Positions 1 to 7,745 of a stretch of 24,335 nucleotides of DNA are shown here, one piece after another. The translations under genes and the position numbers were made by a program. Position 1 is the stretch's first letter. Each line of letters opens with the position of its first letter. The DNA is from a virus (lineage: Duplodnaviria > Caudoviricetes). The notes below the pieces were generated by a model. That model saw nothing but the letters and a program-made list of their open reading frames with translations, did not search any database and was not told the DNA's origin. The stretch spans positions 1 to 24,335 of IMG/VR virus record IMGVR_UViG_3300042393_000519. One strand, 5' to 3'.

Positions 1-1791
1 TTCGCCGCCAGGCCGATTGAGATCGTCGAAATCATTCAGCCGCTATGCTCGCGGGTGTTTGGAATTTCGCCTTGTCTAGGCACTGGTGATGCGTGTTGGA
101 ATACGGACGCAACGTGCAAGTATCGCTCTGCGCTCGATCTGTCTCAATCAATCAATCTCCGCTTTGTTCAAGATGCGGTTTATGATTGGCAAGACAACAA
201 CATAAACCTACTGGCCGAGAACGGGAACATTCTCACAACGGAAGCCGATCAGCCATTCTTGATTGATATATACTATCAACCCGCATTGGCTATCCCTGCG
301 TTGGCTGGTTATAACACCGCACCAACCGTGCTAAATGTCGCGTCTGGTTCGAAGGATAAAAGCCCGCTCGGCTATCGAGCCGTTTGCCAAGTCAACATCA
401 AAGACTTTCCGTGGAATGACGTTGATACTGATCCGTATGTCTCAACTCGCTCTTATGTGCCGGATAAAATTGGGTCGTTCTGGTCAAAGTGGCTTGCACG
501 TAATCCATTCCATGTCGGTTATACGATCAACATTTATGAAGGCTTGATCGGGCAACCGTTGAGCGCGATGACCAAGCGAGAATATGTCATCGAGAAGATC
601 GATCGTGGCAAGGACGGCGTGTCGATCACCTCGAAGGACATCCTTCGCAAGATCACTGACACCAACCAGACGGCACCATATTTGAGCCGTGGAGAGTTGG
701 CTGCTGTACTCCTTGTTGGCGGGACAACCTTCACGGTTGCTGGCGCGGTGTTGGCTGATTACGAAGCAGCCGGATATGTTCGCATCAACTCGGAGATCAT
801 TTCATATACCAGTGTTGTACTATCTGGCAGCAATCTAGTGTTTTCGAGCCTGACACGTGGTGCCGCCGGAACGACAGCCGCAGAGCACAAGGCTAACGAC
901 CGTGTGCAGCGGGTTATCTACTACAACGCGCGGCCATATAATGAAATCCTTTACGATCTCTTTGTGAATTGGGGAGGCATTCCCGCACGCTACATTGACG
1001 CCGCCGCATGGGCGACCGAGAAGACCACTTATAGGCCGAGCTACGATTTCACGGCATGGATTGCAGAGCCAACACAGATTGATAACCTGGCTGGCGAGGT
1101 ATGCCTTCAGGCCGTTGCCAATGTTTGGTGGGATGAGCGCAATCAGCAAATCATTATGAAGGCTGTAAAGCCGGAACCTTCACCGACCTTGCTCACAGAC
1201 GAAGACGCTATAGTTGCCGGATCATTCGTAATAAAAGAGAAGCCGGAAGAACGGGCTTCTCAAGCGCATGTCTATTACTTGCAACGCACTCCGGTTCAAA
1301 GCGTCACAGACAAGACAAATTATACCCGTGTGTCCGTCTTCATTGATGTGAACAAGCAAATCCAATATGGCGGTGAGCCTCAAATTCGGGAATTGTTTTG
1401 TCGGTTCATTAGCACTCAGGCAATCGCCAATAGCCTGAGCCAGACTTATCTTGACCGCTTCTCCGATGTGCGGAAAGAGATTCAGTTTGATTTGTCTGCG
1501 AAAGATGCCGAGAACATATGGACGGGTTCGGTTGTCACGATCAGGCACTACCTCGATGTCGATTTCACGGGTGCACCGCGCGACGGAGAATGGCTGATCA
1601 CTTCTGCGGAAGTCGCTCGCAACGGCCTGACATATCGCTTCACGGCGGAAGACAACGAGAAGGGTGGCACATTGTGGTCTTGGCTTGATAGCAGCGGAAA
1701 TGATGCTGGCGGCAACCCACAACCTTATCGCTGGCTTGAAAATGATGGCAAAGATTCAAGTGGAACTCCACAACCCTATAGGTGGCTCTGA
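1..1791 (+). CDS. Large tail/tail-tip structural protein (5'-truncated by the window)
   Basis: Frame 1 is open from base 1 (FAARPIEIVEIIQPLCSRVFG...), so the gene starts upstream of the listed 55. It has N-terminal Cys motifs, a 'RGAAGTTAAEH' motif typical of phage tail/host-specificity proteins, and sits just upstream of the lysis genes. Confidence 0.75.
   Translation, partial: FAARPIEIVEIIQPLCSRVFGISPCLGTGDACWNTDATCKYRSALDLSQSINLRFVQDAVYDWQDNNINLLAENGNILTTEADQPFLIDIYYQPALAIPALAGYNTAPTVLNVASGSKDKSPLGYRAVCQVNIKDFPWNDVDTDPYVSTRSYVPDKIGSFWSKWLARNPFHVGYTINIYEGLIGQPLSAMTKREYVIEKIDRGKDGVSITSKDILRKITDTNQTAPYLSRGELAAVLLVGGTTFTVAGAVLADYEAAGYVRINSEIISYTSVVLSGSNLVFSSLTRGAAGTTAAEHKANDRVQRVIYYNARPYNEILYDLFVNWGGIPARYIDAAAWATEKTTYRPSYDFTAWIAEPTQIDNLAGEVCLQAVANVWWDERNQQIIMKAVKPEPSPTLLTDEDAIVAGSFVIKEKPEERASQAHVYYLQRTPVQSVTDKTNYTRVSVFIDVNKQIQYGGEPQIRELFCRFISTQAIANSLSQTYLDRFSDVRKEIQFDLSAKDAENIWTGSVVTIRHYLDVDFTGAPRDGEWLITSAEVARNGLTYRFTAEDNEKGGTLWSWLDSSGNDAGGNPQPYRWLENDGKDSSGTPQPYRWL
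1681..1788 (+). repeat. 51-bp (17-aa) tandem duplication at the tail protein C-terminus
   Basis: WLDSSGNDAGGNPQPYR / WLENDGKDSSGTPQPYR / WL; the DNA units start TGGCTTGA at 1681 and 1732. Confidence 0.85.
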
Positions 1792-2450
1792 TGACTACAT
1801 GGACAACGATTGTAAATGAGGCTGTTGCTGTTGGTGGCATTCCGGCAAGCACTACCGTTACAGCATTGCGCGACAACCCGATTTCGATTGCAGAACAATC
1901 GTCGGGTTCGCCTGTCTTGTTCTCTGGTTGGCAAGCCTACGACAAGGTTTCGAATGGAGATGCGGCACGTGGTTTGTTGTGGGACTTTGCCGTTAGCGGG
2001 ACACGTACTTCGGTAGAAACTCCAAACTTTGAAGATGGCTGGGAGTATCGCATTATCGCTATCGGCCTCTCTGCGTCTTCGGGCAATGGTGGTGGCCGTG
2101 TACAGCTATATGGAGAGACATTGGCAACTTGGGATAGCGTTTCAACATTTGGCGTTATGTCAACAGCAGGTGATCTTTCTAGCTTTGACGTTGAGATTTT
2201 GTTTCCTCGTTTAGTCAAAAACGCACATTTTGCCCGCAACAGTGGTGGATATTATACGACAAGTACCTCTACATGGAACGAAACTACCGACACACCGACA
2301 GCGACAGCCTGCGTCGGACCATCTTCAACAAGATATTACACTACCGCGCAAAAAATTCTCAAGGCTCGTGCTCAGCTTGGTTCACTTCTGAATCTTAACG
2401 CCGGTAAAGTCTATCTGTTCCGCCGCCGCGAATACGCATCCCTCGCTTGA
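1791..2450 (+). CDS. Putative tail-associated/receptor-binding protein
   Basis: ATG at 1791 overlaps the upstream stop (TGATG). The protein is Thr/Ser/Gly-rich and beta-like, with an N-terminal 'TALRDNPISIAE' segment of the kind seen in tail-fibre attachment regions; tail module context. Confidence 0.55.
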   Translation: MTTWTTIVNEAVAVGGIPASTTVTALRDNPISIAEQSSGSPVLFSGWQAYDKVSNGDAARGLLWDFAVSGTRTSVETPNFEDGWEYRIIAIGLSASSGNGGGRVQLYGETLATWDSVSTFGVMSTAGDLSSFDVEILFPRLVKNAHFARNSGGYYTTSTSTWNETTDTPTATACVGPSSTRYYTTAQKILKARAQLGSLLNLNAGKVYLFRRREYASLA

Positions 2451-2462
2451 TAGGAAAATGAT

Positions 2463-2798
2463 ATGACCCCGATTACCAAATCAATCAACTTCAAGCGCGG
2501 CGATACTCTCTCCATGACATGCCAGCGGCTTACGGCTGCCGCTGCGGCGTTCAATCTCGTAGGCTATACGATGGCCGCAACGGTTCGGAATGGTGGCTTT
2601 TCTCAAGCCTTGACGGTCTCCATAACGAACGCATCGCTTGGGCAATTCACATTGTCTCAAACGGCGACGAATACCGCCGTCTGGCCGATCTCGGACGATG
2701 ACGATTCCGTGATGTATTGTGATATTCAGTTCACTAGCGGTAGCGTCGAAAGTACTGAGACCTTCAAGATCATAGTGCGCGAGGACATTACGACATGA
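2463..2798 (+). CDS. Small virion structural protein (BppU N-terminal-like beta-sandwich)
   Basis: KRGDT...FNLVGYT...G.FTL...YCDIQFT...STETF pattern typical of baseplate-upper-like small phage proteins; AGGA RBS. Confidence 0.55.
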   Translation: MTPITKSINFKRGDTLSMTCQRLTAAAAAFNLVGYTMAATVRNGGFSQALTVSITNASLGQFTLSQTATNTAVWPISDDDDSVMYCDIQFTSGSVESTETFKIIVREDITT

Positions 2799-3064
2799 CG
2801 GTTTCGATTGCCGTTAATAATCCGGCTCAAACAATTAGCTTGGACATGGTACAAGAACAGGCCACGCAAAGCCTGTCTTTGGTAATGTCTGGCGCTATTT
2901 CTCTTTCTGCAATAATCGCAGATGGAACGGTTGCGATTTCTTCTCCGCTTGGGCTTGGAAGTTTAACGCTTGCAAGGCAACCTCGATCTGCAATCGACAT
3001 GCTTTTGGATGAAAGCGGAATTGTGTTAGATTTCCTTCTCGACGGATTTATCTGGAAGGCGTGA
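2795..3064 (+). CDS. Hypothetical protein (tail module)
   Basis: ATGA overlap with the previous gene and tight operon packing. Confidence 0.6.
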   Translation: MTVSIAVNNPAQTISLDMVQEQATQSLSLVMSGAISLSAIIADGTVAISSPLGLGSLTLARQPRSAIDMLLDESGIVLDFLLDGFIWKA

Positions 3065-3065
3065 G

Positions 3066-3305
3066 ATGGACAACGAGGCATTTCGGATCTTGAACGCAAT
3101 TATGCAATGGATCATTGCCCCGGTGGCTGCTTTCGTTTGGGTGATCTATAGACAGCAGCAGAAACATGAAACGGCCATTGCGGTTCTTCAGTCCGAAAGC
3201 ATGACTTCTCGGGTTTCACATGACCGAGAGATAAAGGAAATCCGAGAAACGACACGCGCGATTATGAACAAGCTCGATTCTATAGAAGAGGCATTGCGGA
3301 AATGA
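3066..3305 (+). CDS. Single-TM plus coiled-coil lysis protein (holin/antiholin-like)
   Basis: Hydrophobic helix ILNAIMQWIIAPVAAFVWVIY followed by a coiled coil; directly upstream of the endolysin with an ATGA overlap. Confidence 0.55.
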   Translation: MDNEAFRILNAIMQWIIAPVAAFVWVIYRQQQKHETAIAVLQSESMTSRVSHDREIKEIRETTRAIMNKLDSIEEALRK

Positions 3306-3724
3306 AACTTAACACCGCCTCTGAATCTAGGTTGCGAGGGGTTCACCCTGATCTCGTTAGAGTTGTACGCCGCTGCGCTTCAGATTGGAAAGACCCCGAG
3401 ACGGGTTTCATTGTCACTTGTGGCACGCGGACGCTTGAAGAGCAGAAGGTTCTCAAGGCGAAAGGGGCTAGCAAGACGCTCCGCTCGCGTCACATCCCTG
3501 CCGCCAATGGATATGCCCACGCCACCGACGTAGCAGCCACCGTGCACGGGCAAGTTCGCTGGGACTGGCCTTTATACGATAAAATTGCCAAGGCCATGAA
3601 GGCCGCAGCAAAGGCCGAGAAAGTGCCGCTCGAATGGGGCGGTGATTGGAAGTTCAAGGACGGGCCGCATTTTCAACTGCCATGGGCTACACACCCAGGC
3701 ACCAACAAAGGAGCTAAGAAATGA
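3302..3724 (+). CDS. Endolysin, peptidase M15 (L-alanyl-D-glutamate peptidase type)
   Basis: LRGVHPDL, GTRTLEEQ, SRH...HATD, WGGDW...DGPHFQL Zn-peptidase motifs. Confidence 0.92.
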   Translation: MKLNTASESRLRGVHPDLVRVVRRCASDWKDPETGFIVTCGTRTLEEQKVLKAKGASKTLRSRHIPAANGYAHATDVAATVHGQVRWDWPLYDKIAKAMKAAAKAEKVPLEWGGDWKFKDGPHFQLPWATHPGTNKGAKK

Positions 3725-3903
3725 ACATGACCGCACACAAAGCCGTTGCCGCCTTCATCACCAGCCTTATTGCCCTCGTCGGCATCTTTGGCATCTCGAC
3801 AGGCTGGGCAAGCCCCACGCTGATTGATGCCGTCTCTGCCGTGCTCGGCGCGGTGCTCACGGCGGTAGTCACCTATATGGTGCCAAACCAGCCCAAGGCA
3901 TGA
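3721..3903 (+). CDS. Putative holin (two TM helices)
   Basis: 60 aa; KAVAAF..., two hydrophobic segments and a C-terminal 'TYMVPN' typical of small phage holins; GGAG RBS. Confidence 0.65.
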   Translation: MNMTAHKAVAAFITSLIALVGIFGISTGWASPTLIDAVSAVLGAVLTAVVTYMVPNQPKA

Positions 3904-4127
3904 CTTGGCTAGAGATTGCCGCCATCGCTGTCCTGTTGATCGGGATCGGCGCTGGCGGCTACCTCGTTGCCCAACGGCCTAGCTTCTGGGCGGGTCTTGT
4001 TGCGGTTGTGTTCAAGGCTACTCTTCCATATCTGGCCAAACGCATGACACCGGAACAGGAGAAGGCATTTCAAGATTGCGTTCGCCGGGGCGGAGAGTGG
4101 GACCCGGCGCGGAAGCGCTGCCGGTAG
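3900..4127 (+). CDS. Small membrane protein closing the lysis cassette
   Basis: ATGA overlap; N-terminal TM; C-terminal CxxxGGxWx6C motif. Confidence 0.6.
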   Translation: MTWLEIAAIAVLLIGIGAGGYLVAQRPSFWAGLVAVVFKATLPYLAKRMTPEQEKAFQDCVRRGGEWDPARKRCR

Positions 4128-4452
4128 CTATATCAGTAGCTGTACCAGCCGATGGCCGGTCGTCTAGCCCTTTCTTTCGCTCTTCGTAGGCTATCAGAAA
4201 CGCTATACAGCACGACGCGTGCCATAGATGACTCATGCCGGTCTCCGGGTCTGCCTTTTCCCCATTCCACCACGCCCACATATGGCGCATCAAAGCAGCA
4301 AAGGGACGGCTCCATGCCATCCCTTTTTCCCAATTACGCTCACCGTATTTCCTGACCCCAAATTTTAAGACATTAGCAGTGGCTCCTAACAATTCTGGAG
4401 GCAACAGATGGTACGGTAGTTTGTCGTCGTCGTCTTTCCTACCTTCAGCCAT
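4018..4452 (-). CDS. dATP/dGTP diphosphohydrolase-domain protein (DUF5664-like)
   Basis: GRKDD..KLPYHLLP, VLKFG.RKYGERNWEKG, AALMRH..AWW.GE..DPETGMSHLWHA.CC..FL, DDR. Start moved to ATG 4452 (GAGG RBS, overlaps the deaminase stop). Confidence 0.85.
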   Translation of the reverse strand: MAEGRKDDDDKLPYHLLPPELLGATANVLKFGVRKYGERNWEKGMAWSRPFAALMRHMWAWWNGEKADPETGMSHLWHASCCIAFLIAYEERKKGLDDRPSAGTATDIATGSASAPGPTLRPGERNLEMPSPVPVSCVWPDMEE

Positions 4453-4903
4453 CGAGACCCTCGTCATAGTTGTAAATATAAACACTGGCTTCCATTAACA
4501 TATCATACGCGGCATCAAATTCTTCTTTAGGCATTGACGTCTTACCGCCACCAAAACATATTTGTTGCACACCAGATTGTATTAAAGCTCGAGCACAAGC
4601 AGAACACGGCATGTGCGTTACGTATACTATGCAAGCGGACGTTCTGATGCCTTCTCTGGCAGCAAACGCCACCAAATTCGACTCTGCATGGGACGCGAAC
4701 AAATATTTGGCCGGTCGTTCAAACCGTTCTGGTTTGTCTAGTACACCTCTCGGAGGGCCATTGTAGGCAGTTAGCCGAATCTCGCCGTCGGGACCTACTA
4801 AAACCGCCCCCACTTTTGTAGAATCCTTGCTTTTTGTCGCTGCCAATTTAGCAAAGTTCATATAGTATTCGTCCCAGCTAGTCGACATGTCGTCACTTTC
4901 CAT
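4445..4903 (-). CDS. dCMP deaminase (cytidine/deoxycytidylate deaminase family)
   Basis: WDEYYM..A...A.KSKD..KVGAV, YNG, HAESN, PCSAC zinc motifs. Start 4903 has GGAGG 6 nt upstream. Confidence 0.9.
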   Translation of the reverse strand: MESDDMSTSWDEYYMNFAKLAATKSKDSTKVGAVLVGPDGEIRLTAYNGPPRGVLDKPERFERPAKYLFASHAESNLVAFAAREGIRTSACIVYVTHMPCSACARALIQSGVQQICFGGGKTSMPKEEFDAAYDMLMEASVYIYNYDEGLDG

Positions 4904-5114
4904 CGCTGGCCTCCTGCGGCAGGGGGAGGACGATGACGTAGTTGTCATGTTGCATCCCCTCCCACGCCTCCAGCATGGCGAGAAAAGCGGCGCGGGCCTC
5001 TGGCTTGTAGCCGTCTTCGCTTTCGAGCGTGATGCGTGCGGTCTTCAGGCTTTTCTCAATAGCCCTTGCCCCCGCCTCCAGCGCCTCGTCCGGAATGGTG
5101 ATGTCAGTCATCAC
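4893..5114 (-). CDS. Hypothetical protein
   Basis: ATGA-coupled in the operon; IPDEALEAGARAI...ARAAFLAML pattern. Confidence 0.7.
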   Translation of the reverse strand: MMTDITIPDEALEAGARAIEKSLKTARITLESEDGYKPEARAAFLAMLEAWEGMQHDNYVIVLPLPQEASDGK

Positions 5115-5350
5115 GCCTTACCGTTCAGAATCGCCATGATGTCGAGCGCACGCTGCTCGAACTCGTTGCTAATCGCCACCTTGCGGTCGGCGATCTTCTC
5201 GCGGCGGGCATCGAGGAATGCGTTGAATTTGGCCCGCTCGGCTTCGATCTCGGCAAGCTCACGGTCAAGGTGGCTCAGCAAGGTTTCGAACAAGACGGTG
5301 TCGTTGGCGGCGAAGTTGTCGATGGCTTCTGTGACGGCGGCGATGCTCAT
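5111..5350 (-). CDS. Hypothetical coiled-coil protein
   Basis: ATGA overlaps at both ends, GGAG RBS, strongly GC3-biased codons. Confidence 0.75.
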   Translation of the reverse strand: MSIAAVTEAIDNFAANDTVLFETLLSHLDRELAEIEAERAKFNAFLDARREKIADRKVAISNEFEQRALDIMAILNGKA

Positions 5351-5535
5351 AGTTCGATGCTCCTGCGATTGACAAGAATGCGTGTGATGACGAGTGGCTG
5401 CGGTTCATGGAACTCAGGCACCCACTCGATTGGTTCGCGATGCGGCTTTGGCTTGCGCTTGCTCGTAATGAAGATCACGGCCACGCTGCCAGCCAGCAAA
5501 AAGCCGAACAAGATTCCCGCGAGAAATGTGCTCAT
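5347..5535 (-). CDS. Small membrane protein (N-terminal TM)
   Basis: FLAGILFGFLLAGSVAVIFI then a basic stretch; GGAGG RBS. Confidence 0.7.
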   Translation of the reverse strand: MSTFLAGILFGFLLAGSVAVIFITSKRKPKPHREPIEWVPEFHEPQPLVITRILVNRRSIEL

Positions 5536-5621
5536 GATGCCCTGCCTCCTACGATCAGAAACGCGATGGCAAGAACAAACACAACGCAGCTAACGATGAG
5601 GAATGCGAGGATATATGTCAC
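5532..5621 (-). CDS. 29-aa hydrophobic peptide (not in ORF track)
   Basis: GTG ACA TAT...TCA TGA gives MTYILAFLIVSCVVFVLAIAFLIVGGRAS. It fills the gap exactly, with a GTGA overlap upstream and an ATGA overlap downstream. Confidence 0.65.
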   Translation of the reverse strand: MTYILAFLIVSCVVFVLAIAFLIVGGRAS

Positions 5622-5830
5622 GGCCACATGATCCCGGCCATGAATCCAAGGCCGACAACAATCGGCCCTACAATAAACCACTCGACCAGAGAGAGCTTAG
5701 GTTTGGGGGAGTCCTCTCTGGTCTTAGGTTTGAGGGTTGGAAAGTAGTGTGCGCTTTTACCCTTGGCAATGTAGAACTGACCTGCAGCCCTCACAGAATC
5801 CGACTTCATGCCGGAATTTTCGAAACCCAT
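5618..5830 (-). CDS. Small protein with C-terminal TM helix
   Basis: AAGGAGGG RBS; C-terminal WFIVGPIVVGLGFMAGIMWP. Confidence 0.7.
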   Translation of the reverse strand: MGFENSGMKSDSVRAAGQFYIAKGKSAHYFPTLKPKTREDSPKPKLSLVEWFIVGPIVVGLGFMAGIMWP

Positions 5831-5857
5831 GTCAATTTCCCTCCTTGATGTTTGATT

Positions 5858-6109
5858 TCAATCGTCTACAAAAGCTTCACCACAATGCGAACAGTTAGAC
5901 GGTACACCAGTGCTGCGCAATTCGCGCATCTCGTCTTCCACGGTTATAAGTTGCGCGCGAGCCTCTTCCAGTTCGTATATAATAACGTCAAGTCTGCGCG
6001 CAAGTTCGTTCTGCAGTGGCTTTTCTGCGTGCACAAGGGTATGGGCTTTGTTTAAAAGCTCATTAACCGTTAAATTCCAATATGGTGTGTATCCAAAACT
6101 ATAAGACAT
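5858..6109 (-). CDS. Hypothetical coiled-coil protein with C-terminal CxxC
   Basis: GAGAGGG RBS; heptad region followed by NCSHCG. Confidence 0.7.
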   Translation of the reverse strand: MSYSFGYTPYWNLTVNELLNKAHTLVHAEKPLQNELARRLDVIIYELEEARAQLITVEDEMRELRSTGVPSNCSHCGEAFVDD

Positions 6110-6125
6110 TTTTCCCTCTCTTGTT

Positions 6126-6226
6126 GGTCGGCCACAGAACGGGGCGAACCATTCCCCTATTCTGTGGCCTCGTCCACATCGACCTCAGGAGGGTAAGACC
6201 GCAGGACTAACTACGATCTTAAACCC
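6126..6226 (-). other. Intergenic two-hairpin RNA structure
   Basis: Minus strand: TAAGATCGTAG-TTAGTC-CTGCGGTCTTA (two G-U wobbles), then GGCCACAGAA...TTCTGTGGCC (6130-6169) extendable by GGTCG/CGACC; no U-tract. Confidence 0.6.
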
Positions 6227-6245
6227 AAAGCGGCCATCTGTGAAG

Positions 6246-6563
6246 TTATCTTTGCCATTCATGCATGGCTATTAGTGACTGTTCCAGGGTACCAAACACT
6301 TTTGGGTATTCCCAAGTGTCCTGCCACCATACCGACCAAGTGCCATCTGCCAGCCAGTCAATCTCGTAATTTTTGCCGTCCGTCTTTCCGACGTACTTGG
6401 TAGGCGATCTTTCGATCACGGACTCTATGCGCGCCGTTCTGCAAATAGTCTTGCCGCACACTTTCAACGCTCGAACTAACCCAATGTCTTCGTAAAACGC
6501 AATATGGCCGGTCTGCACTTTTTTGCGTATCAAATTCATAGGGTTTGTATAACGAGCAACCAT
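6246..6563 (-). CDS. Hypothetical protein (Trp-rich C-terminal half)
   Basis: Fills the operon gap; the start is uncertain (6563 or 6539). Confidence 0.6.
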   Translation of the reverse strand: MVARYTNPMNLIRKKVQTGHIAFYEDIGLVRALKVCGKTICRTARIESVIERSPTKYVGKTDGKNYEIDWLADGTWSVWWQDTWEYPKVFGTLEQSLIAMHEWQR

Positions 6564-6566
6564 GAT

Positions 6567-6806
6567 CTACTCAACCATTGTCAAAAAATCGCGCAGGCGT
6601 ACCTGATTAGCAGTATGAATCACCGGAGCAAACTTGGAACCGTCCCAATATTCCATGATGTCGTGTGCGTACACACTGCCGATTTCGGTAACGACGCCCT
6701 CCACCTTGGCCATACGAGTGGTACCTTTCTTGTTGTCGCATATCACGGCTTCCCAACCAAGGGCCAGTTTCACGCGCGTGCCGAGTTTCAAGTCATTAGT
6801 ATACAT
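6567..6806 (-). CDS. Hypothetical protein (small, possibly SH3-like beta)
   Basis: Real start is probably ATG 6806 (MYTNDLKLGTRV) with AAGGGG RBS; the longer ORF overlaps the upstream gene. Confidence 0.7.
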   Translation of the reverse strand: MYTNDLKLGTRVKLALGWEAVICDNKKGTTRMAKVEGVVTEIGSVYAHDIMEYWDGSKFAPVIHTANQVRLRDFLTMVE

Positions 6807-6808
6807 GA

Positions 6809-7033
6809 TCAGCCCCTTGTTTCCCACTTGTCGGCGCGGCGAATTTGCTCGAAGCAGACTTCGTTGAGAAGCTTGCCGTAGGGTGAGAAGGGGTGGCCTT
6901 TGATAAGCGAGGCAATAAGGCACTGAGCCACTCCATCGGCGCGGCTGTTGCGCCCGTGCTTCTCGTTCCATGAAATCGGGTGAATGCGGAAGGCGGGATC
7001 GTTTAGGGAGGTGTTATTGGTTATGGCGACCAT
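6809..7033 (-). CDS. Hypothetical protein
   Basis: GAGGA RBS, tight spacing in the operon. Confidence 0.65.
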   Translation of the reverse strand: MVAITNNTSLNDPAFRIHPISWNEKHGRNSRADGVAQCLIASLIKGHPFSPYGKLLNEVCFEQIRRADKWETRG

Positions 7034-7043
7034 GGACTTTTCC

Positions 7044-7316
7044 TCAGAAATTAAGGGCAGAAGTTACGGTGACGATGTACTGGTTGTCGTACATCTTGTT
7101 GATTGTGCTTACACCGCCATTGCGATGACCGCAGCAGTCATAGGCGCAATGGCAGCTAAGACGGAAATAGCGATACACGTGTTGCATGTCGTCGTCCGAC
7201 AGCGTGGGCGATTCGGTCTCCAGCACGTATACCATCGTCTTCGGTTGACACATGTCGTAATCGTCTGTCGATTCCCGATGGTCTTTTAACAAACCGCTCT
7301 CTATGATCTGAAACAT
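7044..7316 (-). CDS. Small Cys/His-rich protein (CxCxxDCCGH, probable metal binding)
   Basis: Start ATG 7316 with AAGGAG RBS; SCHCAYDCCGH motif. Confidence 0.7.
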   Translation of the reverse strand: MFQIIESGLLKDHRESTDDYDMCQPKTMVYVLETESPTLSDDDMQHVYRYFRLSCHCAYDCCGHRNGGVSTINKMYDNQYIVTVTSALNF

Positions 7317-7343
7317 TGGTGTAGCTCCTTGAAGGGGGAAGGG

Positions 7344-7361
7344 GAGGGGCCGAAGCCCCTC
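7344..7361 (-). other. cUUCGg tetraloop hairpin
   Basis: Minus strand GAGGGGC-TTCG-GCCCCTC beginning in the stop codon of 7360..7683; followed by a C-rich rather than U-rich tract. Confidence 0.7.
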
Positions 7362-7683
7362 ACAGCAACGTGCGGACGTTGGTGGGAGCGTCGGACTCGG
7401 TGACCGAGCCGAAACGGATGCCCTCGGCGTAGAAGGAAGCCTCGCGGGCTTCGAACTCGTAGGCCTCGGAGCCGTAGCGCGGATAATGATCGATCCAGAG
7501 GTCGGCGTTGATTGAACCACCGGCCTGAACCTTGGCGGCAAGGCGGGCGACGCGGTCGGCGTCGCGGTGACCGTAGTTGCCGAGGATGAAACGCTGGCCG
7601 TCCTTGGCCTCGGCGACGACGCTGTAGAAGCCGTTGCCGTCGATGTCTACTGCGCTTGCTTCGATGATCTTGGTGCGGTTCAT
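7360..7683 (-). CDS. Early hypothetical protein (first gene after promoter)
   Basis: AGGAG RBS, strongly biased GC3 codons, directly downstream of the promoter at 7708-7736. Confidence 0.8.
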   Translation of the reverse strand: MNRTKIIEASAVDIDGNGFYSVVAEAKDGQRFILGNYGHRDADRVARLAAKVQAGGSINADLWIDHYPRYGSEAYEFEAREASFYAEGIRFGSVTESDAPTNVRTLL

Positions 7684-7707
7684 TGGTTGGTCTCCTATCT
7701 ATACCCC

Positions 7708-7736
7708 TTTATAACACAGGGAGAGAGACTGCACAA
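7708..7736 (-). promoter_or_regulatory. Sigma70-type early promoter, copy 1
   Basis: Minus strand TTGTGC-17 nt-TATAAA with extended -10 TG; near-identical copy at 18798-18826. Confidence 0.8.
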
Positions 7737-7745
7737 GTGTGTTGT

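Noticed and set aside
6110-6245. tRNA or known ribozyme (hammerhead, HDV/theta-like)
   Set aside because: I could not build a cloverleaf, a CUGANGA/GAAA core or the HDV pseudoknot order; kept only as an unnamed structure.
7317-7541. N-terminal extensions in the track (7541, 6971, 9324, 17721, 18664, 11944, 4948, 4485)
   Set aside because: They overlap neighbouring genes or terminators; downstream starts have clear RBSs.
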